Shown: in pieces, positions 17,060 to 26,139 of the stretch
Position numbering within the stretch: position 1 is the stretch's first letter
Layout: every line of letters starts with the position of its first letter
Assembly (NCBI GenBank): GCA_039810425.1
Contig: JBDHWW010000027.1
Location: 1-39,007, forward strand
Direction of reading: 5' to 3'
DNA length: 39,007 nucleotides
From: Pseudobdellovibrionaceae bacterium
GTDB lineage: Bacteria; Bdellovibrionota; Bdellovibrionia; Bdellovibrionales; Bdellovibrionaceae
Notes under the pieces: model-generated
Told to the model about the DNA's origin: nothing
The model's input: the letters and a program-made list of their open reading frames with translations, nothing else
The model's database searches: none
Position numbers and translations under genes: made by a program

Positions 17060-20000
17060 ATACCTTTTCGAATTCTTTCTTCGTATGCCCCCCGAAGCGA
17101 CTGAAAAATCTGCCGGCCGCCATCCGGAAGTCATCCACGAATCCATAAGCCGCAGGCACAATCAGCAGTGTTAACAACGTTGAGCTAATCAGGCCACCGA
17201 TGATGGCAATACCCATCGATGTTCTCATCGCGCTGGCTTCATTCAAACCGATCGCAATCGGAATCATTCCTGAGATCAACGCCAGCGATGTCATCAGGAT
17301 CGGACGAAGGCGCGTCCTGGAGGCTTTAATAATCGCCTCGTTACGCGGGTGCCCCGCATGCTCCATTTGTTTGGTGTAATCCACAAGCAAGATGGAGTTT
17401 TTCGCCACCACCCCCAAGAGAAGGACAATTCCTATCAGCGAGAAAATGTCGATGCTCTTTCCAAACACAAGAAGCGCGACCATCGCTCCGCACATCGCCA
17501 ATGGCAAAGCAAGGAGGATCGTAAACGGTGTCACAAAGCTTTCATACAGAGAAGACAAGACTAGGTAAATGAACAACACGCCCAAAAAAATAGCGAGCAA
17601 CATGCTGGAGATCAAATCCTGGAAGTCTTCCGCCTGGCCTTGGAAACGATAGTCAATCCCTGGAGGCGGTGGCAGCTCTTCCTTGACGATCTTTTGAACT
17701 TGTTCAGAGACAGTTCCCAAAGAACCTGTCGGGCCTAAGTTTGCACCGATGTTGATAAACCGGCTCTTATTCTGACGATTGATTTGAGAGTACCCGAGCG
17801 TGTCCTCCGCTTTTGCAATGCGGTTGAGTGGAATCATATTATTATTCGCATTCGGCACGAGCGTGGTATTAAACTGACTGCGTAAATCACGGTACTGTTC
17901 GTCGAAACGAACCCGGACCTTGTACTCAATCCCTTTGTCGCGGAAAACCGCCGCTTCATTGCCCTCGGTGCGATTGCGGAGCTCCGCCCCCGCCAGAACC
18001 GTAGAAACACCGAGATGTTCGGATTTTTCACGGTCAAAGACCACATGGAACTCCGGTTTTCCCGAGCGGAAATTCGTATCCACATCGACAAGACCGGGAA
18101 TTTTTCCGATGCGTTCCTTCAGCTTATTCGCGTAGGTGGAAAGTTCGTCAAGATTATCGCCGGTGACATTCAAATTAAACGGTTTTTGGCCACTGTTCAC
18201 CGCATCGATATCACCGATCTCAACAACCGCTTTTTGATTAAAGGGTTTTAACTTTTCACGAACAGTGGTTTTCATCTGGGTTGTTGTCATAGAGCGCTTT
18301 TTTCTTTCAACCAAGCGTACAAACAGGTTGGCTTTATTGGCTTCACCTTTATTGGATCCCACCGTCGTCAAAACCATCTCAACGGCTGGATCCGTATTCA
18401 GAATATCTTCGATCCCTTTGGTGAAATCCGCGGTGCCTTGCAAGGAAGTTCCCACCGGCATTTCGATAGTCACACCGAACTCTCCGTTATCCGCCTGAGG
18501 CAAGAACGTCTTTGGAATAAATGGAACCGTCATCATACTCGCAACAAAAACCAGGAAACCCATGAGCAGAACTGTCTTGGGAAATTTGAGGGTTTTTTCC
18601 AGCAGACGCTCGTAAGTGTTTTCAAGACCTGTCTGAAAGCGATCAAACGCCTTTAAAACTCTTGCAATAAAGCCGTTTCCTTTATCATGTTCCGCGGGAG
18701 ACGCCATGTAAGCGGACAACATTGGCGCCACGGTAAACGCATCAAACAGAGAAATCAGCATCGTAAATACGATGGTCAAGCCGAACTGTTTGAAGAACTG
18801 GCCGATGATCCCCGACAGGAATGAAATCGGGCCAAAAACCGCGATCACCACCAAGGTCGTTGCAACAACGGCTTGAGCAACCTCCGTCGTCCCTTCCAAC
18901 GCGGCTTTCTTTGGCTCTTTTCCCATCTCCATATGACGGAAAATATTCTCCCGCACAACGATCGCATCATCAATCAGAAGACCGACCGCCAACGAAAGCG
19001 CCAAGAGCGTCATCATATTGATCGAGAACCCCATGGCATACATCACGACGAAACCACCCAGAAGTGAGTTCGGAAGCGCCATCCCGGTAATAAACGTCGA
19101 ACGCCCTGATCCCAAGAAGAAAAACACCACAACCACGCACAAGATGATCCCGATCAAGATAGACTCGTTCACGTCCACAACATTCAAACGGATCGGGCGG
19201 GACATATCGCGAACTACCTGCACCTGGGCATCAATCTTTTTATCCGTAAGATATTTATTCACCTTCTCCAAACTCTTTTTCACCGCATCGGTCACCGCGA
19301 CGGTGTTCGCCCCGGACTGTTTGTAAACTTGCAAGAGCAACGCCGGAGAACCTTTGATGCTTGCCATCGTCTTTTGATCCTCAAGGCCTTTTTCCACACG
19401 GCCGACGTCCTTGAGAAGGACTGCGCGGTCCGAACCGACGAAGTTCACGTTGACGTTCTTGATCTCATCCAACGATGAGAACTCACCGATGGTCCTCATC
19501 AAGAGCTCTTTAAGGGGGTTTTCAACTTTACCGATCGGAATGTCTTTCGAAGTCTCTTCAACACGCTTTGAAATCTGCAACATCGAGATCTGGCGGTCTT
19601 GAACTTTCTTTTTGTCGATCAAGACTTGAATCTCAGTCTTGCGCCCGCCGACAACTTCGACCTTACCGATATCGCTGAGACGCTCAAACTGGGGCTTAAT
19701 CAATTCGTTGGCGACGTCATACGCCTCTCCCGGGGGAAGTTTCGACGTGAAGGCCAGCGTAATCACCGGCTGGTCGGCCGGATCAAAACGGAAAATAGCC
19801 GGCTCGTAGATATCATTCGGAAGGTTTCTGCGAATATTGCCAAGACGATTTCTGACCTGCTGCTCGGCATCTTTCACATCGGTTCCCAGGCGGAATTCCA
19901 GAATGATCATCGCGACAGAATCCAAATTATTCGAAGTCATGGTTTTTAAACCGGACAAACTTCCGAGCTCATCTTCGATCAGCTTTGAAACTTGCTTCTC

Positions 20001-20177
20001 CATATCGATGGGCGAAGCCCCTGGATAGGTCACTTGGATCGCCACGATCGGGAAGGTCACGTCCGGAAAAAGGTCCACAGGCATCTTATTCAAACAAATC
20101 ACTCCGAGGATCAGCATGAGTGAAACCACACAAGAGATGAAAATCGGTCGTTTAATCGAAAGTGCTGATAAATTCAT
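17058..20177 (-). CDS. RND efflux permease (AcrB/AcrD/AcrF family)
   Basis: 1039 aa; SIKRP, GLLIDDAIVVRENI, KNSILLVDY, RLRPILMT. Confidence 0.96.
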   Translation of the reverse strand: MNLSALSIKRPIFISCVVSLMLILGVICLNKMPVDLFPDVTFPIVAIQVTYPGASPIDMEKQVSKLIEDELGSLSGLKTMTSNNLDSVAMIILEFRLGTDVKDAEQQVRNRLGNIRRNLPNDIYEPAIFRFDPADQPVITLAFTSKLPPGEAYDVANELIKPQFERLSDIGKVEVVGGRKTEIQVLIDKKKVQDRQISMLQISKRVEETSKDIPIGKVENPLKELLMRTIGEFSSLDEIKNVNVNFVGSDRAVLLKDVGRVEKGLEDQKTMASIKGSPALLLQVYKQSGANTVAVTDAVKKSLEKVNKYLTDKKIDAQVQVVRDMSRPIRLNVVDVNESILIGIILCVVVVFFFLGSGRSTFITGMALPNSLLGGFVVMYAMGFSINMMTLLALSLAVGLLIDDAIVVRENIFRHMEMGKEPKKAALEGTTEVAQAVVATTLVVIAVFGPISFLSGIIGQFFKQFGLTIVFTMLISLFDAFTVAPMLSAYMASPAEHDKGNGFIARVLKAFDRFQTGLENTYERLLEKTLKFPKTVLLMGFLVFVASMMTVPFIPKTFLPQADNGEFGVTIEMPVGTSLQGTADFTKGIEDILNTDPAVEMVLTTVGSNKGEANKANLFVRLVERKKRSMTTTQMKTTVREKLKPFNQKAVVEIGDIDAVNSGQKPFNLNVTGDNLDELSTYANKLKERIGKIPGLVDVDTNFRSGKPEFHVVFDREKSEHLGVSTVLAGAELRNRTEGNEAAVFRDKGIEYKVRVRFDEQYRDLRSQFNTTLVPNANNNMIPLNRIAKAEDTLGYSQINRQNKSRFINIGANLGPTGSLGTVSEQVQKIVKEELPPPPGIDYRFQGQAEDFQDLISSMLLAIFLGVLFIYLVLSSLYESFVTPFTILLALPLAMCGAMVALLVFGKSIDIFSLIGIVLLLGVVAKNSILLVDYTKQMEHAGHPRNEAIIKASRTRLRPILMTSLALISGMIPIAIGLNEASAMRTSMGIAIIGGLISSTLLTLLIVPAAYGFVDDFRMAAGRFFSRFGGHTKKEFEKV

Positions 20178-20195
20178 AGATGGCTCCGCTTTTTA

Positions 20196-21614
20196 TTATT
20201 CATTCAACCGGATGAAAAGTCTGCTTTGCGCTTCCATTTTCCGCGCTTCTGAACGCAAGCGATTCAAAGTCAAAATGGAGTTCGCCGCGTCCTCTTCCGA
20301 GTTCACGACATCGGAAGTCACCGCACGCCCCCGACTGAGTTTTAATGACTGCTCTTTTGCCTTACCCGTCTGCAATTGACTGATACGTTCGGCCGTCTCG
20401 ATCTGCTTTATCTTTTCACCATAGCGGCGAAGGAGTTCCCCCCACGATACGTCACTTTCAAGCATCTTTCTTTCGCTCTTAAGTTGGGCAGCAAGGGCTT
20501 CCTTGCGGTAAAGCTCTTCTTGTGAAACTTTCGCGTCCGTATCGAAAATATAGGTAAAATTCAAACCGACTTTTGTCGTTGGAATGTCCATGTTCGAAAT
20601 CCTATTCAGGGCCGATGTTGGACTATCTTGAAGATTCGAATTCGTATTGTACGAACCCGAAAGGACTAAGTCCGGGCGCATTTGGTCTTTTGCTTCCTTG
20701 GCTCCAAGTTCTTTGCTCTTTGCCTCCAGCGCCGCCAGGTAGGCGTCTAAACGCACGACGCGGCCGGCGCTCCCTCCGACCAAGGCACGAACGTCGCGCG
20801 GCTTTTTAAAGTCTGATTCCAGAGTCGGACTTTTTTCCGCTTCGTCCATTTCCAAAAAAAGACGCAGGTTTTTCTCTGCGGAAACCGCCAGATCGCGAGT
20901 GGCATCTAAAAGCAACTGCCGGGAGGCCGTCAATGCCTGGCCGTTTAAGAAGTCGGCTTTATCATTGATGCCATCAGCAAAACGACGTTTTAACCACGCT
21001 TCAATTTTCTTTGCGCGCTCCAAAGATTCCATGCGCGACTTGAGTTCATCCTGCTGATACAGGTAATCCCAATACGCCATTTCCGCATCAATCAGAACCT
21101 GGCGCTGCTGAAGGTTATAGCCTTGCTTTTCAAAATTAGCGGCGGCCGTTTGTCGCTCTTGGCGAAGGCGCGTGCCATTTCCAAAGAAGTTCTTCCACAA
21201 AGACTGACTCAAAGACAAACCCAGGCTTGAAGTGGAATAATCCGCGAACTTTTCATATCCCGGCGGCACATCGTGAATTTGGGTTTGCTGGACATTCCCG
21301 GTCACAGAGGCCTTGGTTCCGGAAGAGAATTCCTTAGCGACGCCAAGGCTGTATTGCCTTGAAACGATTTTCGAACCCACCGTCTGAGGCTGGGCTTCAT
21401 CGCTGAGATAACCGCCCGCCATTGTCAGGACCGGAGAAAGGCCGAGATCGCCGGCTTGGCGACGATCCTCCGCGGCCTCTTCGGACACCGTAGAGGCTTG
21501 AAAGGCTTTATTACGTTTTTGCACTTCAGTGAGATATTGATCAAGCGTCATCGCCGAGGCCGACACGTGTGCGAAAGCCAGACCCATCAGCAGGGCATAT
21601 TGGTACATTTTCAT
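20196..21614 (-). CDS. TolC-family outer-membrane factor
   Basis: Signal peptide, MTLDQYL start, two-fold repeat of helix and strand pattern; in operon with the RND gene. Confidence 0.85.
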   Translation of the reverse strand: MKMYQYALLMGLAFAHVSASAMTLDQYLTEVQKRNKAFQASTVSEEAAEDRRQAGDLGLSPVLTMAGGYLSDEAQPQTVGSKIVSRQYSLGVAKEFSSGTKASVTGNVQQTQIHDVPPGYEKFADYSTSSLGLSLSQSLWKNFFGNGTRLRQERQTAAANFEKQGYNLQQRQVLIDAEMAYWDYLYQQDELKSRMESLERAKKIEAWLKRRFADGINDKADFLNGQALTASRQLLLDATRDLAVSAEKNLRLFLEMDEAEKSPTLESDFKKPRDVRALVGGSAGRVVRLDAYLAALEAKSKELGAKEAKDQMRPDLVLSGSYNTNSNLQDSPTSALNRISNMDIPTTKVGLNFTYIFDTDAKVSQEELYRKEALAAQLKSERKMLESDVSWGELLRRYGEKIKQIETAERISQLQTGKAKEQSLKLSRGRAVTSDVVNSEEDAANSILTLNRLRSEARKMEAQSRLFIRLNE

Positions 21615-22258
21615 ATGAAGATCCCTTGAACGAAAATAGTGACTAATTGTTGTTGAAAGTCTTTAAAATTTTGCGCGTGACACATTGGCGACTGCGTGAT
21701 CTCCAGCTGACAATTCATAATATTATGAAAACCAAGAATAGACTCTTGCAGAAAAATAAAGATCAATAGTGGGTTGAGGTCCCTGCGCACCAAGCCCTTT
21801 GCTTGGGACTTTGCGATCAGTTTCACCAAGCTTTGACCGATCGGGGTGAACGTGGTCTCGTAAATATCACGGGCAAAAGGCAACCCCGCCAGACGCTCCC
21901 GTTGCAGAATGACGCCATGATAAGGATATGCCGAGCGGATTTCAGAAAAACTCGAAACGATCATCATGAAAACCTTCTCTAAGTTCTCTTTTGATGTTTC
22001 CTCCGCCTCCGACGTGCGAATTATTTTTTCCACCTCGCTCTTGATAGTGAGCGCGAAGTTCTGAATGATTTCGCGGTAAAGGCCGTCTTTGCCGCCGAAG
22101 TAGTAACTCACAAGACTGAGATTCAAACCCGCAACCTTCGCGATATCGCGAACGCTCGTCCCCTCGAGTCCATTTTCCGCAAACAGCTTCGCGGCGACTT
22201 GTAAAAGCCACTCGCGCGCGCTCAAATCCTGCAATGTCCGTTTTGTTATTTCGAGCAT
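21611..22258 (-). CDS. TetR/AcrR-family regulator
   Basis: HTH AAKLFAENGLEGTSVRDIAKVAG...SYYFGGKDGL; ATGA overlap with the TolC gene. Confidence 0.93.
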   Translation of the reverse strand: MLEITKRTLQDLSAREWLLQVAAKLFAENGLEGTSVRDIAKVAGLNLSLVSYYFGGKDGLYREIIQNFALTIKSEVEKIIRTSEAEETSKENLEKVFMMIVSSFSEIRSAYPYHGVILQRERLAGLPFARDIYETTFTPIGQSLVKLIAKSQAKGLVRRDLNPLLIFIFLQESILGFHNIMNCQLEITQSPMCHAQNFKDFQQQLVTIFVQGIFI

Positions 22259-22272
22259 AGGTCCACAGGCTA

Positions 22273-22318
22273 TTTCAAACGAACGTTTAAATCAAAACTT
22301 TGAAACGTTCGTTTAAAT
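22273..22318. promoter_or_regulatory. Twin palindromic operator, probably TetR autoregulation
   Basis: AAACG-AA-CGTTT (22277-22288) and its reverse complement AAACG-TT-CGTTT (22303-22314), 26 bp apart, just upstream of tetR. Confidence 0.8.
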
Positions 22319-22356
22319 TGTCCGACTTAGGTCTGGGTCTTTTTAAAAAAAGCCGC

Positions 22357-22881
22357 TTATCCGACGCCCAATTTGCGAAGCAAGTCGTCGATTTCGTTTT
22401 GATCCATCTTCTTATTTTTCGATTGCGAATCCACAGACCCGCGCACCTCTGCACCGAACTGATTTGAAACCCAACGAAGCCGTTCAAGAAATGTGCTGGT
22501 GAAAGAACTCTTCATGTCCTCGACTGAATCCACGCCTAGATTATTAATCCATTCGCTTAGGGTTTCCGTGGCATCCAGTAAAAGCGCGACACAGATATCA
22601 AAAAACTGCCCGTTGCCCTTGATTTGCGATGCTTTGTAGCCCACCGCTTTGCAAAGTTGCGCGTAGTCCGCCACCATGTGCAACGGGTGACCTTGCGGAA
22701 CCAAAAGGGCTAGACTTTTAGCGCCCCCCATAATCCGATCCACCTTCTGGCCGTATTCTTCCAACTGCGAAACTTGCGAAAAATCACCTTCGAGGCCTTC
22801 GAGCAAATTGACCAGGTCCTGAATGATCCCTTTAGACTCGATCACAAAATCTTTTACTATATCCTTATCTATATTCGACAT
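22357..22881 (-). CDS. Hpt-like protein lacking the phospho-His, with CheZ-like C-terminal peptide
   Basis: DFVIES...VDRIMGGAKSL aligns to the Hpt H-x-x-K-G motif with H replaced by D; ends DQNEIDDLLRKLG. Confidence 0.7.
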   Translation of the reverse strand: MSNIDKDIVKDFVIESKGIIQDLVNLLEGLEGDFSQVSQLEEYGQKVDRIMGGAKSLALLVPQGHPLHMVADYAQLCKAVGYKASQIKGNGQFFDICVALLLDATETLSEWINNLGVDSVEDMKSSFTSTFLERLRWVSNQFGAEVRGSVDSQSKNKKMDQNEIDDLLRKLGVG

Positions 22882-22916
22882 AGAATAAGCGTAACAAATT
22901 GAGGGGTTCGTTAGCA

Positions 22917-23846
22917 ATGGATTATGTTTCTATTCGTGTGAGTACCTTACGCGGAGATCAAAAAATTGATTTCAACGCCTATATTAAAATTAACGGCAAA
23001 ATGATCCTGTATCTTCGTCGTGGGGACTCCTTCGAGGGCGACCGCCTCAAGCGCCTAAAAGAGAAGAAACTTAAGAAAATGTTCATTCTAAACGACGAAG
23101 AGACCAAATACCGCGATTACCTTCAAAAAAATATCGAACTGGCTTACGATGAAAAATCCGGTAAGGACATCAATGCCCGGGCGGAGATTGTTCAGGGGCA
23201 ACAACAAAGCAACACCGAGGAAGTCTTTGACGATCCTGGCAATATCGAATCCTACAATAACACCAAAGACGCGGCCGGTAAGTATGTGCAATTTCTATTA
23301 AGTAATAGCAAAGCTGTTGGCGCCGTGATGAGTATCGCAAATGATGAGTGCAATATCGCTCACCATGGCGTGACGGTGTCGACACTCTCGGTGGCGCTTG
23401 CGCAAAAGCTGGGAGTGACGGATCCAAAGAAAACCCAACTCCTGGCCCTTGGCGCCCTTTTACATGACTTCGGCCACCACGACTCGGGTGTCGCCCTGAA
23501 CCGTCCGCTCGGCGATTTCACCAAAGAAGAATTGGCCGTGTACACAAATCACGCAGGCCTCGGCGCGCAGAAGGTACAAGATAAAAAACACTTCGACCAA
23601 ACAGTTATCAACATCATTGCACAGCACGAGGAGTGCATTGATGGCAGCGGTTTTCCGACAGGTTCACGCGACAATCAAGTCGATCCTTTGTCCGTGATCG
23701 TTTCCAGCGCGAATGCGCTGGATCGCATGATCACTTTTGAGAAAATTCCGCGCGTGGACGCGGTGAAAAAGTTAATGATCGATCAAGTCGGACGCCACCC
23801 CCTGAACCATATTCAGTTCTTGGGCGAAATATTAAAAAACATGTAG
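22917..23846 (+). CDS. HD-GYP domain protein, variant motifs
   Basis: AHHGVTV, LLHDFG, QHEECIDGSGFP; final Asp replaced (SANALD). Confidence 0.85.
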   Translation: MDYVSIRVSTLRGDQKIDFNAYIKINGKMILYLRRGDSFEGDRLKRLKEKKLKKMFILNDEETKYRDYLQKNIELAYDEKSGKDINARAEIVQGQQQSNTEEVFDDPGNIESYNNTKDAAGKYVQFLLSNSKAVGAVMSIANDECNIAHHGVTVSTLSVALAQKLGVTDPKKTQLLALGALLHDFGHHDSGVALNRPLGDFTKEELAVYTNHAGLGAQKVQDKKHFDQTVINIIAQHEECIDGSGFPTGSRDNQVDPLSVIVSSANALDRMITFEKIPRVDAVKKLMIDQVGRHPLNHIQFLGEILKNM

Positions 23847-25886
23847 ACGGTCTCGAGCTTCGAACTGTTGATCAGAGCCCCGCCGGCATGAACTCACAAA
23901 CAAGCGAACGCCACGAGGAGCGGCCTCTGCCAGAGGCAGCTCCGTCGGCTGCCGGGCAGACAGAGTCACGTTCAACATCGTGTATTTAAAACGCGAATAG
24001 TATCCAGCCCCCTTGTCTGTCATCACTTCCACGGTGCAATTCTCAAAACTTTCACGGCCCGCATTGTCGATACGGATCACCGACGTGGCCTCATCGAAGC
24101 CTCGGCGGATTTGGCCGCTAAGAACGGGGCTCGGTTGGATCGGCAGGCGGTCACGGAAGTCTTCACTGCGGTTTAAGTAGTAGTCTTCCTGCAAAGCCGC
24201 AGGATGGTGTGGCGTGCGCAAATAGCTGCCGCTGGCAACAGCCTCACGCAGGTCCGCCCCGACAAAGCCACCGAGTTTATTAAACCACTGCTTCTGGGTC
24301 TTATCGAAGCCCGGAGAAAGCATATTAGAACCCAAAGCCTCACTCCGGCCGACAATGCTGGATTTAAAACCACTGCCCGTGACATATCCATAGAGGATCA
24401 TGCCAAAGAAATGATACCAAGTGCCGTACTTGTCGTCAGAGTAGTTATAACCACTCGTAATCGGACGAAGGCGTTTGGTGACGGGCATGTTTTCGCGGCC
24501 GCCATAGCGCCAGTTGGCTGCAAGCAAGTTTTCGATTGTCAAAAGGGCGAGATAAACGTCACCGCGATGGATACGAAGGCTTGCGCGGAATATCTCCGGC
24601 AAAGTGACGCTGTTATATTCCTGCGCAACAATCCATTGCCACAGGTCTGCCTCGTGGCCAGTCGTCATAAAACGCGAAGAAAAGCCCATACTCAAAACCA
24701 CAAAGAGTTTTGAAAACACCATCACCGGGCTTTTGATATTTTCCATCGTCTCAGGAGCCCAACGGTGAAAAACTCCAACCGTCGCTTTTTGACCGTCTGT
24801 TGTTTCCTCACGCAAAACCTGCTTCATCATCTCTAGAAACTCTTCCAGTTTGATCGGCTTTTCACGACCTTGAATCGACGGGCCTGGGCCCTTCGTGACC
24901 GGCTCTACTTTTTTACCAGCGAAAGGCTCCACCATCTCCCAAGGCTCCGGCAGCCAAGGATCCGTAGTGCGCCCATAGTTCTCATTTTGGAAGAGAGCTC
25001 TTAACACATTCTTCGGCACCTTCGCCGCCCGCTCAATCAAAGCGGCATCACCTTCCGGGTCCATCACACGGTAAGACTTTTGTGCATATAGATTTCGATC
25101 ATAGCCGCTCGCCGCAGGCCATCGAGACACCGCACCGGCTGCCAGATTCGGATATTCTTGCTCCCGCAAAATCGAGCTGCGAGCATCCAGCAGCAAATCG
25201 CGAATCGTGTTGCGAATGGTTTTATCTAAATTAAAAAAGGGAATTAAGCGGGCTTTCGCATAGGCGGACTCTTTCGCCGAGAACACCTGGTAACTCTGCG
25301 CCCAGGTCAGATTCTCACCCATCTTATAAAACGCCGTATAGCTGGCTCCTTGGGCGAAAACGCTTTCGATTTCGGTAAATTCCTGGGCCGCAACCAGATC
25401 CGGGTCATGCAATGCTTGAAAGGCGGTTTCCCACTCTACGGGAACATGGGATTTATCAACCGAGCCAAAGCGAAGTGAAATCGCCAGACTGGCCATGTTG
25501 GTCTTGATTTCACCGACACACTCATTGCCCGCACAAGATTTCACCTTCAGGTTTTTAGAATAACGAGAAATCTCAAGCGGCGAAGACATGCGTTGACGGA
25601 TCTCACTCACACTCAAAGGCAGATAAAAAGATGAGCGCACCACGATGATTTTTTGAATACCCTCCGTGTTTTTAGCAATACGGTAAATATCCATATAACG
25701 CGGAATTTGCGCTGCTTCCGCCACCGACACGAACTGAGTGGCCGTTTGGATACGATCTGCCCGGCCGTCTTTGAGGTCCGTAAATAAGAGCTGCTTTTCT
25801 TCCACGACACTGACTGGCACCGCCGCCATCGCCGCACGCCAAGAAGTCATCGCCATGAAAATCAAAAAAACGTGCCTTTTACACAT
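23832..25886 (-). CDS. Large secreted hypothetical protein
   Basis: 684-aa ORF, RBS GGAGGA, signal-peptide-like N-terminus; no family recognised. Confidence 0.75.
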   Translation of the reverse strand: MCKRHVFLIFMAMTSWRAAMAAVPVSVVEEKQLLFTDLKDGRADRIQTATQFVSVAEAAQIPRYMDIYRIAKNTEGIQKIIVVRSSFYLPLSVSEIRQRMSSPLEISRYSKNLKVKSCAGNECVGEIKTNMASLAISLRFGSVDKSHVPVEWETAFQALHDPDLVAAQEFTEIESVFAQGASYTAFYKMGENLTWAQSYQVFSAKESAYAKARLIPFFNLDKTIRNTIRDLLLDARSSILREQEYPNLAAGAVSRWPAASGYDRNLYAQKSYRVMDPEGDAALIERAAKVPKNVLRALFQNENYGRTTDPWLPEPWEMVEPFAGKKVEPVTKGPGPSIQGREKPIKLEEFLEMMKQVLREETTDGQKATVGVFHRWAPETMENIKSPVMVFSKLFVVLSMGFSSRFMTTGHEADLWQWIVAQEYNSVTLPEIFRASLRIHRGDVYLALLTIENLLAANWRYGGRENMPVTKRLRPITSGYNYSDDKYGTWYHFFGMILYGYVTGSGFKSSIVGRSEALGSNMLSPGFDKTQKQWFNKLGGFVGADLREAVASGSYLRTPHHPAALQEDYYLNRSEDFRDRLPIQPSPVLSGQIRRGFDEATSVIRIDNAGRESFENCTVEVMTDKGAGYYSRFKYTMLNVTLSARQPTELPLAEAAPRGVRLFVSSCRRGSDQQFEARDRLHVF

Positions 25887-26139
25887 AGGTCCTCCATTGC
25901 GCCGTCACTTTGTTTACAAAGACCGTGCCAGGATACGGAGATTCTATTATCTTTTTTACAAGCCCCGACACGGTCCCCGGCTGCAAACGCGCGCCCAATG
26001 TCAATAAAATCGACATCGGCGGCCCAGGGCGAAGTCCCCGGAAAAGTAAGCTCATTTTTACTTCCGGAAGGTAGCCTCTCGAAAATCCTTGGACTATAAG
26101 ACGGTCTCTTACAAACATCCCCGTGGAAGGACGATTTAT

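Noticed and set aside
25887..26139. Riboswitch in the long intergenic region
   Set aside because: I could not recognise c-di-GMP or other aptamer consensus elements; only generic hairpins.
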